Assembly (NCBI RefSeq): GCF_964194155.1
Contig: NC_135896.1
Location: 40,610,001-40,674,000, forward strand
Direction: 5' to 3'
From: Cetorhinus maximus
Lineage: Eukaryota
Length of the DNA: 64,000 nucleotides
The translations under genes and the position numbers were made by a program. This document shows, piece by piece, positions 37,301-50,945 of this stretch; within the stretch, counting starts at the first letter, position 1, and each line of letters starts with the position of its first letter. Below the pieces are notes generated by a model, which ran no database searches, was not told where the DNA came from, and was given only the letters and a program-made list of their open reading frames with translations.

Positions 37301-38479
37301 TTGCACACATTGAGCCATCAGTCTTTGTTCACTGTTCAGAGACATGCAGGCTTACACCTGTTGGGGCACTTCAAGTAGCAGATGAGGCTAGAGCACACAA
37401 TAAATATAATAACTGATGCAAAGGAGGTGCCACGTCACTCACATAGTGGGAACACTGTAACCCTGTTGGTGTAACAGCAACATAATATAGGAAATAGAAG
37501 ACAGATTAAAGTACTCCAATTACATTCAGTTCCCTTAATTTGAACCAGACGTGTGCATTAATGAGCAGACATTTTAATCTGAGATCACTTTAGACAACTG
37601 TACAGGGTTATTTTCGAAATTCAACTATTGTTTTAAGAATAGGGGACTACAACATGACCAATCAGGTTGAAGAAACATATATGTTTTATTGTGTGTAAAA
37701 TCAATTCTTATTGGTTTATCACAGGACGCTGGAACTGTTGTCAGAGCTGAGAATTGTGAGAGTTATAATCTAAAGTGCAGTTCAGTTTAATGTAATTACT
37801 CCCCAATCACTACAGCTCATTTAGCAGCTCAAGTACTTCAGTGAAATTTGTGCCAACAAAATACATCTTCTGCAGCTACACAACAGCTTATTAGAATCTT
37901 TTTAAGCAATAGAGAGTAATTCTGATTCTATTAACTAATTTTATTAAGCAGGTATAATTTCACCCCAAAAAGCATAATGAGCTTTATTTTTATACTATTG
38001 AGTATTGTAATGACTTGAATGAGTGGACAGGTTTCAACAAGAAACAAATGAACTTTACTACAGAGAGCTTTTCAGGTGCTACAGGCTGAATCAGGACTCT
38101 TATCGGGAAGCCCCACCTCCCAGATTGCCCGCGCTTTGGGCTCATTGGTCGGAGCCTCCCAGAACATGACGTGACCCCTGATAGACAGCAGGAGACGCCA
38201 TGCCTTCAGCTACTACAAGTGTAAAAGTATTTTTGACAGTTTTTCATTGTTAAGGGAGTACATTTTCTGTTGCATTATTAATACTGTAATTCACTCCATT
38301 GAAATATACCACATCATGTACGTTAAGACATTTAATTATCAATGTGCAACAATATTATGGTTAAGCAACTCTGTCAGTAGGAAACTAGACCTATAAGTCA
38401 CCACTTTTATGTCTTCATACTATTGGCAGAGATAGTCAGAAAATGGTAACAGTGTAGAAAAGGCCATATTCAGTGAATA

Positions 38480-40890
38480 AATTGGACCTAGTTGTGGAGA
38501 ATCCCATCGCCAAGGGATGCATAATAATTAGCGCTAGCATAATGTACCCACATCCATTCAAATGGAGGCAGGCCTGGGTTTAGTTGCATAATCTGCAAGA
38601 CTAAAGCAATCCAGAAAAATCAGAAAAATATCTGATGTCACGAAAGCCAGAAGAAGTTGTGTTTCACTTAAGCAGGAGAGTAACTAAGGGAGCGCAGAGC
38701 CACTGAATAAGCCCTTTGAATCTTTTTTAGGTTAGAGTGTTTTCAGTTGGTGTCAGAAGTTGATGTGGGAGTTTCCATTGCTGAATTTGATTAGAATATT
38801 CCGAATGTATTTGCTAGGTTTTACATTCGTGCGTAAGGCTTTACTAATGAAAAATTAAAAGGTTACGAACGTAGATGCTGTCAGTACATCATATATTACC
38901 TGTGATTCATTGCGATAAAAAATGGTTTATTATATTATTTAGTTGTGGGGGTCACAATATGCAACTTGCCTGCTCTGGTTCCAATGGAGGTAGTTTGCAC
39001 TCAAATTTGGTGCTGCCATGTCATTTACCTGACTGTAGTGTGGGGCTGAGTGCTTACTGTGCTTATGGCTGCCATTGTGGTCATCATGGAGTTGAGTGTG
39101 CATGCTATTAGAACATGGTATACTTAACCTTCTGTTTTTAATAGCAGCCTGTCCCCCTTAAAGGGTAGCCGCGCTGCATTACAGGAGGCAGCTGCTGAAT
39201 ATCAGTGCTGCAATTCTAAATAAGGAAAATGGAACACCAAGACAGAGCCAGGGCTCCAGGGTCACAGATGTGATGCCGGAGGCCATGGTGGAGGTGGACA
39301 GGAGGGATGCCATGGTTCTATGGGGTGGAGAACCCTCAGGGGGATTGGAAACAGGCTGCTAGGGAGGTCAATTCCTGTAACTTGGATGCGAGGACAACAG
39401 TGCCGCAAGATGTCTAATGACCTCATGGGGGGTGGTCAAGGTCAGTAAATGCATCTTCACGTGACACCTCCCACTCCACCAGTCTCTTACACTGCTCAAC
39501 CTAACATACACTCCCTCCCCACCCCCACCACCAATTGGCAACGCCATTGCTCACCCGTTAGCATTCTCTGGTACTCAGGATTCACACCTAAAATCCAGGT
39601 ACTCCACATCACCCTCATGCACTTACCAATGCTGCCAGCCTCACACCCACCACTTACAGCCAGTACATGGAACGCACAACAACCAAACACAGTCTGCTCT
39701 CTCTCATGCAGGACAAGATGGCACACAATAGACAGGAGCAAAGCAGAAACTGGGGGACAAGGATGTCTGCACCTTCTGATCCCTACTGAGGAGATGCTTA
39801 CCCTACATCATGGGGCTGCCTGTGTCAGAACCCATGGCACCTGGCATCACTGAGAACATTGCAGGTGAGGGTATGTTCCTATTTTATACCCCTTCTTAAC
39901 TCCCTGTTCACCTTCTTCCTGCTCTCTGACATGATGAGCAAGCTGCGGATGGTGTCGCCACGGACCATTTACTTCCCACTCCATCCCCCTTCCCTTACAT
40001 TAACCTTCCCTTTCTGAGTTCCTGCTTTCAGACGCTCAAGAAGGGTGCCCTGCTCAGACACAACAATCCCAGGTGGAGGAGAGAGGGCAACAGCAAAGCA
40101 CTGATGAAGAGGCTCCATCACTTTACCTGATACTCACAGTCACCAATTCAGACTGTGGCATTCCACATACCTTAAAGGGTGGTATAGAATTGGGGCCAGC
40201 ATGTAGTGCGCTGGGCATACATGGGCTGCAGCTCGGCCAGAGATAATGAATCGTTCATGTGCCAGCTCACTGGAAGGCAAGGTGACAGATGAGTTCTTCT
40301 ACAGGTGACTCAGATGAGGACCTCAATAGGGTGGGCATACAGGACAGCACTGAATAAGCATGCACACTGAGATGCTGGATGCATTGCTGGCCTACTGGAC
40401 AACCTTCTCTCACTGTCAAGGAGCATGGAAGAGTCCGACTCTATATTGGCAGAGGGCATCACACAAAGTTCCCCCTCTCTGCAGCTTCTGCTGCATTCCC
40501 CTGTTGTGTTGCTGACCCAGAGCCACTGCAACCTCAGCCCCCATACCTATTGCAGCCTTTGTGTGGACAGGCCATCAAATTCTCTGCCCTTCCTGTGACA
40601 ATACGGCAACACTCCCTGTCAAATCCAGCAACTCACCAAAAACATTCCAGAGTACCTCCAGGTATTTTTCAATAGCAGAACTTCTTCATAATTACCATTC
40701 CTGCAAGTTGGCTTGCTGGCCCTTTTAAATAATGCTTGTGCTAGGTCCTTCTTGTGGGGATGAACACTTGATCTTTGGTGTGTAACATGCCAATTAATTG
40801 AGTGGCCTGCAAGGCCCAAATTTGGAAAATGGGCATCACATGAGCTGCATGGGCTGAGTGATCTCATGATTGGATTATCTAGTAGGGGCT
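38480..40890 (+). mobile_element. Old, degraded Harbinger derivative with Myb gene remnants
   Basis: Exon 1 remnant from ~39229 (MEHQDRARAP..D..EAMVEVDRRD..QCRK.SNDL..VK|gtcagt). Exon 2 after tcatgcag|gacaag (DKMAHNR..TGG) near 39711. Exon 3 after ctttcag near 40031. Boundaries approximate. Confidence 0.6.
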
Positions 40891-41099
40891 TCCGTGTGGG
40901 CCCTGTTGGAAATGGCTGGTGGTGCAGCATACACCCAAAGAAGGGATTGACTTTTGCGATGTCCCCTCCAGCAGCGCTAAAGAACCAAATATTGTGGTCA
41001 TTAAGTCTGTATCTGTATTATTGCTTCTGTGGTTATCAGAGCAATGTGATTCATTGCTGCAGAGTGTAACATTGTCAGTGTACAAATTGGAGGAGATAG

Positions 41100-41516
41100 A
41101 TTTAAAAAAACACATTTATATAGCACTTTGACCTCAGGATGTCCCAAAGCACTTTAAAGCCAATGAAATACTAATAGTGGTCACTACTGTAATGTAGAGA
41201 AATGCTGTAACCAATGTGTGCAAAGCAAGCTCCGAAAACAGCAATGAGGTAATGACCAGCTAATCTGTTTTCATGATGTCAATTTAGGGATAAATATTGG
41301 CCAGAACACCAGGCAAAGCTCCCCTGTTCCTCTTCGAAATAGTGCCATGGGATCTTATACATTTACTGTGGAAAGCAGACAGAATCACGCTTTAAAGCCT
41401 CGTCCAAAAGATAGCACCAGCACTCTAGGATGGAGAGACTTTCTGGAATTAGACTTAAACCCACAATCTTGTAACTCCTAGGCTTGTGTGCTACCAGCTG
41501 AGCCACAGCGGACACT
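41100..41516 (-). mobile_element. Deu-domain SINE (SacSINE1-like)
   Basis: tRNA-like head on the minus strand (gtggctcagctggtagcac). Central ttggccagaacaccagg..cttcgaaatagtgccatgggatctt domain and an L2-like tail. Confidence 0.7.
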
Positions 41517-41789
41517 CATGGGGAATATATTGCATGGATGAGGCAGTTGTGAAGAGGTGTAATGTTCAGATAGCATGTCTTCAATCTAAGTGTGTTAGCA
41601 TCAGTCAGGTTGATTCAGTAATGTCAATCAGTTACACGGCCAAATGGATTAAAAGCTAGTGGGTCTGCAAGGTTGCTTTATTGGACCAAAGAATACAAAA
41701 CTGCATTGCCTTTCACAGTTAACAGAATAGTAATCATAGCCAGAGGACCACCTGCATTGGCTTTCATTTCCACTCATGCACCATTATGT

Positions 41790-44700
41790 CTGGTGTCCCC
41801 CCCCCCAAAGAATCTATCCTTGGCCCCCTTTATTTCTCACCTGCATGTCGCCTCTTGGCAGCATAATCTAAAAACAGTGTCTGTTTCTATATATGCGTTG
41901 ACAACACCCAGTTCTACCTCACCTCTCTTGAACCCTTCACTATCTACTTATAATACTGTTAGCTCTGGATGAGCAGAAACATCCTCCAACCAATTATTGG
42001 GGAAAGTGAAGCCATTGGGCAGAATCGTCCCAGGATTGCACTAAATAAGGCATGAGAAACAATGTATTCCCCGCCGGCCACAATGGCGGGTTTTCACGCC
42101 GTATTGTCCGCTTCCCGCGTATCCTGCTTCATTAATAATGGATACACGGGAGACATGCTGGATCGCTGGTGGGCGGTCATGGCTTTGCCAGCCACAATGT
42201 GACCTCAGTGTTCTCTCATTCCGGGCGCCATGTGTAAAGCGCACCAGAGCGCAGCCTCCTTCACGTCTACAGACCAGGACTGCTCCAGCTGACAGATGGT
42301 CCCAAAAGCAAAGGTGACAGCAGCCCTCAAATTTAGTGATGCCTCTCTGGGCTGCCTGCTGGATGCTCATACGTTCCACCAGGGTAAGTCAACCACCACC
42401 TCACTCTCAACACACTCTCCCAAACCCATCACACATCCACAGGGATGTCACACCTCGGTGGCTAACACCCATGTGAGGATCCTGCACCAGATAACCCCTC
42501 TCTCAATGAAACTATGAGTGCTCCCTCTCCTGTTTTTGACCCTGCTGCCATGCATTAATTATCTCTAAATTGGTTCACAGGGAGCTCTGCCAAGCGACCG
42601 ATGCCCTCAGCCAGCCAGTCTCTCAGCTCCATCCAGGTCCTCATCTCCAGCCAAGATGACACTTCCTCCATTGAAGAACTGGAAATAAGCAGCCTGGAAG
42701 ACTCATCACAGCACTTATCACATCCTCCAGCACAGAGACACACACCTCGGTGGGACCTAGATCTAGAGCAGGCTCGGGTTCACAACCTGGTGGTCACCGC
42801 ATAGACACATGTCCGCAGCAGGAGGAGGCAGGTTCAGTCGAGCTCCCTGGCACTTGGAGGACTGCTGGGGAAGAGGCATCGGTGAGGTCCGAGTCAGATG
42901 ATGAGCCTCTGGATTCGACTTTCCAACTCATTGTGGAGAGTTAGCAGAAGGTGGGGGAACATCACGCAGAGCTGTTGGAAGCCTTTAACAGAGTGGCACA
43001 TGAGTCGGAGGAGTACATCCGCCCGCTCTCTGATGAAGTGATGCCCACATGCGTGCATATGGACGTGTCCATGGGAAGGATGGCGGACTCCATGGAGACC
43101 CTGGTCCAGCAGAACGCGGAGATGTGTGCAGACCTGCACTCCATCGCGGTAGCCATTGGTGAGCTCCTGTGGTGGCAATGTGAGAGGGATACGGGGCACC
43201 TCGATGTCCCTCCAGGTGCTCCTTCCCCTCAAGGAGTCAGGCCCTCATGCGCTTGAAGGGAGGAGGAGCAGAAGCTGGACACCTTTGGGTCATCCACTCA
43301 GGACTCTCAGAGGCTGTCCATTCCCTTCGATTCCCTTTTGCCTGTGACCCCCTTAACCTCTTCCTCTGTCAGCGCAGAGGGAGTGGCTGGCCCACAGGAG
43401 GATAGCCAAAACAAGCTGTGGCCCCCAAGTCTTTGGGTCTCCAGAGGGTGCTTGCATAAGTCATCAGAGGCAACAAGGCCAACCATTACACAGGCTGTCT
43501 CCACCCCTGTTGCGGATGTCAGGGCAGCACCTAGAAGGAGTGGTAGGCATAGAAAAATTAAGAAATTCTGATCACAAGTGGTTGCACAAGTGGGTGAACA
43601 CATTTTGTCACTTTATAATCTGAAAATATATTCACTCTCACTGAATAATGTGCAATGGCTTCATGAGTGTCCCCCCTGCATCCCCCCACCACTAGCAGTT
43701 CAACTTCACGCAGCCAGACCACGAGTGATTCTGGAGGGAGAAGTGTGTGTCGCAGCGCCTTTCAGAGCCTCGTGCAAGCACTCTCCCACTGCCAGCGGAG
43801 CCTTCATCCATCACACTCATCTCACTGTCCTGAGTATTTTCAATGCTGCCTGCTGGGGTTCTCTTTCAGTTGTCTAACTGAGCTGACCTGCATCTCCGCC
43901 CACCCACTGATCACACTCCCATGCAGCACCTGTGCCCATCCAACAAGGGGCTCCTCTCACTTTCAATTTCGGAAAGGTGGTAGTGATCAAATTCCTCATG
44001 AGCTCCCCCAACATTTCCTTTCCCCCAGTCACCCATGTCCTTTCCCCATAACCGTAGGTTATGTCATAACCGGCATAACCTTCAACATCTCCACCGTAAC
44101 CTTCCAGCCTGAACCCTTGTCTTTCCAGAATGTCCAGGTGAACGTGTACGTTCCCTACCTTCCTGGAAATCCCACTTCCATCCGCTTGACCTCCTCCTTC
44201 CCAACCCCATGCCTGTGTTTACCTCCATGTTCCCACCAACCAACCTCGCTGCCCCTTCTACCGACACCGTCGCACCCTCACCCTCCCAACCTACCGGCCC
44301 CCTCTGCCCCTGTTATTCTAACCATCCCTCCCACCACGCCCACCCTCTGTATGCTCCCCAGGAGGCAGACCCCTCCCTTGCACGTTCACCTGGACATTCC
44401 ACTCCCTCAACGCCTTCCTCCCCCATTACTCCTTCCTCCACCCTCACCCTCTCCTCCACCCAGACAACTTCCCCACTCTGGATTCCCTCCTTCCCCTGGA
44501 AACCTTCCTCCCTCCGAACTCTCTCCTATCCCCATACTCTCTCCAGCCCCCATACACCGTCCTTCCCCCTCCCTACCTCACCCCCGACACCTTCAACCCC
44601 AACAACCTCACCCCCTTGACACCTTCGCCACCACCCCCCCACCTCACCCCCTTGACACCTTCACCACTCCCCCCAACCTCACCCCCTGACATCTTCACTC

Positions 44701-46205
44701 ACCCCACCTCCCTAAAACATTCACACCCACACCCCCCCCCCCACCATTTCCAACCTCACACCAGACCCTCCCACCCCAGTACACCATCCTCTCCCACTCA
44801 CACCTAGACCTTCCTCTCCTCCACTCCTTTGCCACTCATCCGTACCAGCCCATTGCAAAGTCTGTGAAGTTCTGAAGCAGGCCTGAAGCATCAACAGAGA
44901 CCATGGAAGATGGTGTGAGCCCATAGTGAAGTTTGTGAAGTTCCGAAGCCTTAGCGGAGTTGAAACTGCTGCGTGGGGACCTCCCATCTTCCAAGAGATG
45001 CTTTGCGGCGGAGCCATGTGCATGAGGAACCACCCACCATGTTCCTTCAGGGTCCGGTAGCTGTAGGCCTCCAGCATCTTCTCCTCAGATGTCCGCGATC
45101 TGAGCAAGGCCTAAAGGTAAGTCCCGACTTCTGCACGTCACACTTGCACAGACGTGTTCTGGGCTGGCGTATTGGCAAATTGGGCATCGGGCAGGCGATT
45201 CCAGTCGGGCCTTACTTTGCATCCCATTGCGGGGCCTCCAGCGACCTGCCATGGCGGACACCATCGGATGATCCCGCTATGATTTCACGCCAGTGTGAAA
45301 CCGATTTATGCACCCCCCCCGCCAAATTCTAACCCCCCCCTCCACCCCCTCCCCCCTGCCTGTATTGATGCCCAACACAAAGGGGAGAGGACAATTCTGC
45401 CCATTGGCTTCAGTCCCCACATCAGCCTCTGTTTCCCAGCTACTGACTCCATCCCTTTCGCTGGCAAATGTCTGAGGCTGACCAGACTGCTCGCAACCTT
45501 GGCAAGACAATCTTCCAACCCCACATCTGAACCACGTAAGACCATTTCTTTCCACTTCCATAAAAAGAGACTTTTTCTCTACCTCAGCTTATCTGCTGCT
45601 GAAACTCTCATTCATGCCTTTGTTATCTCTGGTATTGATTATTCCAACATGAGCCTGGCTAGTCTCCATGTTCTACGCTCTATAAACTTGAGGTGATCCA
45701 AAACTCTGCTGTCCATACTCTAACTCATGTTAAGTCCCATTCATCCAAAATCTTTATGCTTGCTGACCCACATTGGCTCCCAGTTAAGCAACACCTCTAT
45801 TTTAAAATTCTCTAACTTGTTTTCAAATCCCTTCATATTTTTGTTTCTCCTTATCTCTGTAATTTGCTCCATCTCTGCTACCCTCTCAGATATCTGCACT
45901 CTTCCAATTCTGGTCTCTTGAGCATCCCCAATTTTAATTGCTCCACCATTGGTGGCTATGCCTTCAACGGCCAAGGCTGTAAGCTCTGGAATTCCCTCCC
46001 TCAATCTCTCTGACTCTCTACTTTTATTTTGTCCTTTAAGATGCCCCTTAAACCACATCTCTTTGACCAGGCTTTTGGTCTTGTGCCCAAATATCTCGTC
46101 CTTGGGCATCTCAGTGTCAAATTTTGCTTGATAACATTCCCATGAAGCACCTTGGGATGTTTTACTACATTAACTGCACTATATAAATGCGGGTTGTTGT
46201 TGTAG
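41790..46205 (+). mobile_element. L2-like LINE 3' fragment interrupted by a Harbinger element
   Basis: YALTTPSST (YADDTQLY remnant in a shifted frame), LSLSAAETLIHAFVISGIDYSN, and a (ttg)n tail near 46195. The sequence is continuous once 42017-45402 is removed. Confidence 0.8.
42017..45402 (+). mobile_element. Harbinger derivative with Myb gene remnants and a C-rich tract, no recognisable transposase
   Basis: TIRs gggcagaat / aattctgccc with a perfect ATT TSD. Exon 1 remnant MVPKAKVTAALKFSDASLGCLLDA..|gtaagt. Exon 3 at 42581-43571 ends AAPRRSGRHRKIKKF*. Confidence 0.9.
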
Positions 46206-46699
46206 TTGTAGTTAATATAGTGTGCAGCATGAGCAGCCAAGTTGCCTATTGGTAGAATGAATGGATGAATTATTAATCCCTTGAAGGAAGAGAAAAACTG
46301 AAAGAAAAAGCTTGTATTTATATAATCCTTTTCATATCCTCAGGATATCCAAAAGAAGGATAAAGAAGGAAGAAATGGTATGAGAGCCCATTGGTAAATT
46401 CTTTGAGGTATGTCAATGGCTTTAGATCCAGTTTTCAGCCCCTCCCTCTTCCTGCTGACTTCATTTGCTTGGATTTGAAGAGATTCATAAAATGTTGACC
46501 ATTTCCTGTGATCTGCCAGAGCTATTGGCTACTGCTTCCCAAAATAAGACTATAGGAACATGGAGCATCCAACTGAGAATTGGGAAGTGTATCATGGTGC
46601 CAACAGTGAGTCAATCAGGGAGAGCAGAAATATGTTTGAAGAAATAATGAAAGGTGCGATATCCCTGAATTTGGGGTACCTTGTGGTAGTGTTAGAGTG

Positions 46700-47030
46700 A
46701 GCAAAGGGCCCTGTATAAGGAAGCAATCCATGTAAGTTATTTGAATGGAAAGAGTGTATGTACTTTGCCAACTTCTGTAAGGTGTTGAATCCTCTCCAAC
46801 CTGGGAGTATGACCTCTTTATTGTAGAAACAGCATGCTTGACCAATCCTTGGGATAGCCCTTACTGCAGCTTGGTGAGAAGAGTAGTCCTCATGACTAAA
46901 AAATGGCCTCCTTGCTATCACCTTTCCCAGCATGACCTCCTGTGTATCATCAGAATAGTCTTCCCTGCTCCCTGGAACTGGCAGGCTCCTGGCAAAAGGA
47001 CCACTTTCAAGAACAGCAAGTGCAAGTACC
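46700..47030 (-). mobile_element. Possible ancient Myb/SANT exon-1 remnant of a Harbinger
   Basis: YSDDTQEVMLGKVIARRPFFS...IGQA...RGFNTLQKLAK weakly parallels FSD..LEVLL..V..RR..LF..AW..IA..RFNDL. Confidence 0.3.
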
Positions 47031-47905
47031 ATTGTAGGGAGTTACCCTTGCCAAGGAAATTGAAATGTTGTGATTGACACCTGGAAAATTCTCTCTGCAG
47101 AACATACTCCTTACTTTCACATCAAGTGCAACTTTTATAATCCTGCTCTTTTCACTTGTGCAGTATCCTTGAAGATATTCCTCTCTGTTAATACAGTGTT
47201 TTTGACATTTATCTTCCACAACTGCTAGTGCATATATGTTCAGTGCTATTACTTTACATTCATATTCAGGCCTTATTTTCCGCTCTTGGTGAAAGTATAC
47301 AGCTTTTCTGTCCCTCTGTCCACGTCTTCTTTAAAGTTACATGCCAGTCAGCAGTTCCATGTGTATGATGCCATGACAATGTCATTTTCCCAAGCTAGTT
47401 TTATTTTATAATGCTAATACCTCTGTTATAAGTTTTCAAACAGGAAGTGAAAAAGTTATGCTGCCTCTTGTGCAGGCCTTCATTGTTTAAAGACATTTAC
47501 AAGCAATCATTTGCTTTTTCCCAACCCAAAGGGTATATTGGTCATACTTGTAATGAATTGTACAATAGACATTATTCTAGAAGATGGATTCAAGGTTGCC
47601 TGTATCTATAACAAGGTGAGTAAGCATCAGGGGGAGTGAACAAAAGTGACATCTGGAAAGAACAGTTTTAATATCTGCATCCTAATTGCTGTTTCTTGGA
47701 TATTACTGTTGATAAAAATTCTGATGCTGAGAAAAATCCTACGGTTGACAGAAATCATAGAGGGTGGCAGGTAGCTCAGCATTTCTACCCAGGAGAAATA
47801 GGGTCCTTAGCCAAATACTTCACTTCTGATACAATGCTTCTGATTTCCACACTGATCCATACTTGTGAATAGAAAAAAAAATAATTACAATCCAATCTTC
47901 TGTAG

Positions 47906-48847
47906 GGACTGGATTTTTGGGGAGTCAGGGAGAACCTGTTGACTTTTAAAAATGGCTGCTGGAACCTGATTCTTTTCAATGAGTCCTGGTTCATGGCCCC
48001 CAAGAGGTGTTGTGAACCATAGTGTGGATGAGGGAACCTTTTGAAAGGTAGGTTCAAAAGGTCTTACCCATACCTCCCATGCCAACCTATGCCCCTCCAC
48101 CCACCCCCAATGGCCACTCATAATGAGGCTTGACTAGGAGCCCAGACATCCATTATTCCGTTGAAAGAACTGCACCCAAGGGAAAACCTTGCTTGATTGA
48201 CAGCCTTATCTCTTAGATCTATTTCTCAATTGCTTAATGTTTATTTAAACAAGATGCAGAGGTGTCAAGTGCTTGCAATTTCTGCTATTGATGATTTAAA
48301 GAGCTGGTTGATTGGCACTTTTATAAGGCTGTAGTAAAAAAGGTTTTTTGCAAGAAAGCCATGAATGAATAACTGGCTTTTTAAAGCTTTTTCACACATG
48401 ACATTGTTAATTTAGGTCTCATTGGTTCAGTCCAGAGTGTATACTGGGTAAATGGGCATTGAAGTGCCATAGAGCATTGGCATTGGGGGTGAGTGGGGGG
48501 CATGCTGTGGCATGAGTTTACATGTAGGGGGCATGATGAGTGTGTGGGGGGAGTAAGGGGTGTGAGGCGTGAGGGCTAGAAGGCTCTTTTTTATTGTTTT
48601 TATTGCAACTGGGATGACGTCTCAGAGCACAGAGGTGGGCCTCTTATTCAGCCCACCTTGGCACCAGCCAGCCCCTGTGGCTGCCTCCACACTGTTTCTG
48701 GGGATGGTGGGCCTAACTTCAGTTAGCACCATCCCCCCCACCAGAACAAAAATCTTGCTTTTGCAGACGTTTTCTCTTGAGGCGGGCACACCCAGCTGGG
48801 AAATTTCCTGACTCCAGCTCCCTGCCTCGAGGATGAAAATCCAGCCA
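47906..48847. mobile_element. Old Harbinger-type MITE
   Basis: ggactggatttt / aaaatccagcca ends with a TAG TSD. The right half resembles 57730-58245. Confidence 0.6.
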
Positions 48848-50945
48848 TAGAAGTCAAACCAATCTACTTGCCTAAGATCGAGTTATTGAATAAATGGCTT
48901 ACTTTGGGAGGTGATTGCCTCTGACATGTGACTACACCCAGATGGAAAGGTCACTTGCTTGAAGTACTGATACACTTTTTTTGCAACAAAGTGCATTTTC
49001 TATTTGCTCAGCAAAGTAGCATCCTGTTTCAATTCTCTCAAATGCAAAGTTCAGGTACACATAAGACAGGAAATGGTGGTTTGGTCCATTTTACTCTCAA
49101 TATGTGACCTTACAGTAGTTCTGTATCTTTTATGACTGGACATTAAGCTCAGTCAGTTACTTTGACTTGAACTGGCACAATTATATGTTATCTATCATTC
49201 AGTGGCAAACAAAGCTTTTAACATTTAACAGTCACTACAGTTGATGTTGTGGATCAATAGAATCAATCTATTAGCACCAGGAATTATGGTCACTGTCAGC
49301 GAGGCCAACATGTTGATGGTGATAAAGGGACAATGTTATGATCGTGGGCACTATTTTACAACACCAGCTTGTGAATAACACCCTGGAGAGCTACAGAACA
49401 GTCTCTAACATAGTCACCACTGCTTAGGACACCTGCTTTCCTTTTTGTTACTCTGCAAAAACTTTACCACTGGTAAATTTTGGAGAGCAAAACATGCGCT
49501 AGAGCAATATATAATACAGAAATTAGCAGATGAATTCTAATTTCATTTCAATTGCATTCCAGTGACAAAAAAAATGCAATGTTCCCAGTTTAAGGCATGA
49601 TTTTTTACTAAATGAATCACTGGAAACTTTGAGGATATTTGGTGCGGAAGATTCAAATGACCAAAGGTCAGGCCAGGGAGACCATAGTAAAGGAACTGAC
49701 CTCAGGAGTCTCAAGTGGCTGCAGGATGATAGTTATTGAAATCCAAGATGAAAATGCTGTTAAAGCTGCTAATTACATCCAGATGTAATGGATCAGTCAA
49801 TTACACTGTACATTTTGTGAAGGATGCTGGTTAAAAGAGCTCTGTACGTGTGTTGAGTTAGATGCGCTCATAGTGCTGTTCTGCCCTGGCTTTGGAGCAC
49901 TGGGTCACTTGCGGTTTAACTGCACGCTCCAGCCTCACACCATTCTAACAAGAAGCAGTTGTTTTCCACCGCCATTGCCAATATAGTCACAACATGAAAC
50001 TGCAGTGACCATTTTAAATCACAACCAACAAGACGTTAAGGGCACCTTGCTCACTATTATCTGATATCCCTCAGGTGTTATGGAAAGGAAAAAGTGATTG
50101 AGATTGTTGTTCACCCTTGCTGTCCATTTCTGGGAATAAGTCAGGCATTGGCACTTCTACAGTGTGTAAAACAAGGTGAAGAAATGTCAAAATGGCCTCA
50201 TCATTGTTCTTTTTCCTGGTCATGTACTAATATAACAACAACAACAACAACCTGTATTTATATAATGCCTTACAATGTAATAAAACATCACAAGACACTT
50301 CTGTTATGGATAGGAGGAGGGTTTAATTTAAACAGCCCTGATTTCTCCTCTCACCACCTGTCTGTAAACAGAAGGGTGTTTTTGATTTTGACCTCCTCCT
50401 TTATAAACAGTGGTGTATTTCCCAACCTCTCAGTTTTTGGTGTGATCCAATTTCTAATAATAGCTCCACAGCAAACTTGTGATAGGATGAATTCAGAGGG
50501 TTAGTTTATTTTGAACACTCTCAAATGTGGGAGGAGGGTAGAAATGTGGCCTCCTTTTCATTCACACAATTAAAGGGGTGGTTGTGGGGGTTGGGGTGGG
50601 TGGAATAGAGAAAGAAAGGTTTATAGGGAAAAGACCACAGAGTAAAGAATTATTGTTTCACATGAGTCCAGAGTCCAGAATCAAAGTCCAATGGTGCAGT
50701 CCCTCACAGAGGCTGGCAGGTTGAAAACTGATGCTGGATAATTTACTTATCTAGTAGAGGTGACTTTGACAATGAGATAGGAATGCAATAATAAATTAAT
50801 CTTGTAGGCGATGGTATAGAAGTTCAGCAGTCCCAGTAGAAACAGTATAGATGGGACCAGACATTCACCTGGACCGAGCTGTTGTTCTGTGCTGCTGCTT
50901 GCTAGGTGGAAGATGGTAGACTGATTGGCAGTACAGCAAGACAAT

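Noticed and set aside
43667-44689. 340-aa proline-rich ORF
   Set aside because: Product of a C-rich low-complexity tract inside a Harbinger derivative, where stops are rare by composition.
44721-45107. 128-aa minus ORF at the expected transposase position of the Myb-only element
   Set aside because: No Harbinger transposase motifs, and the frame is not evidently conserved in the homologous region at 51230-51400.
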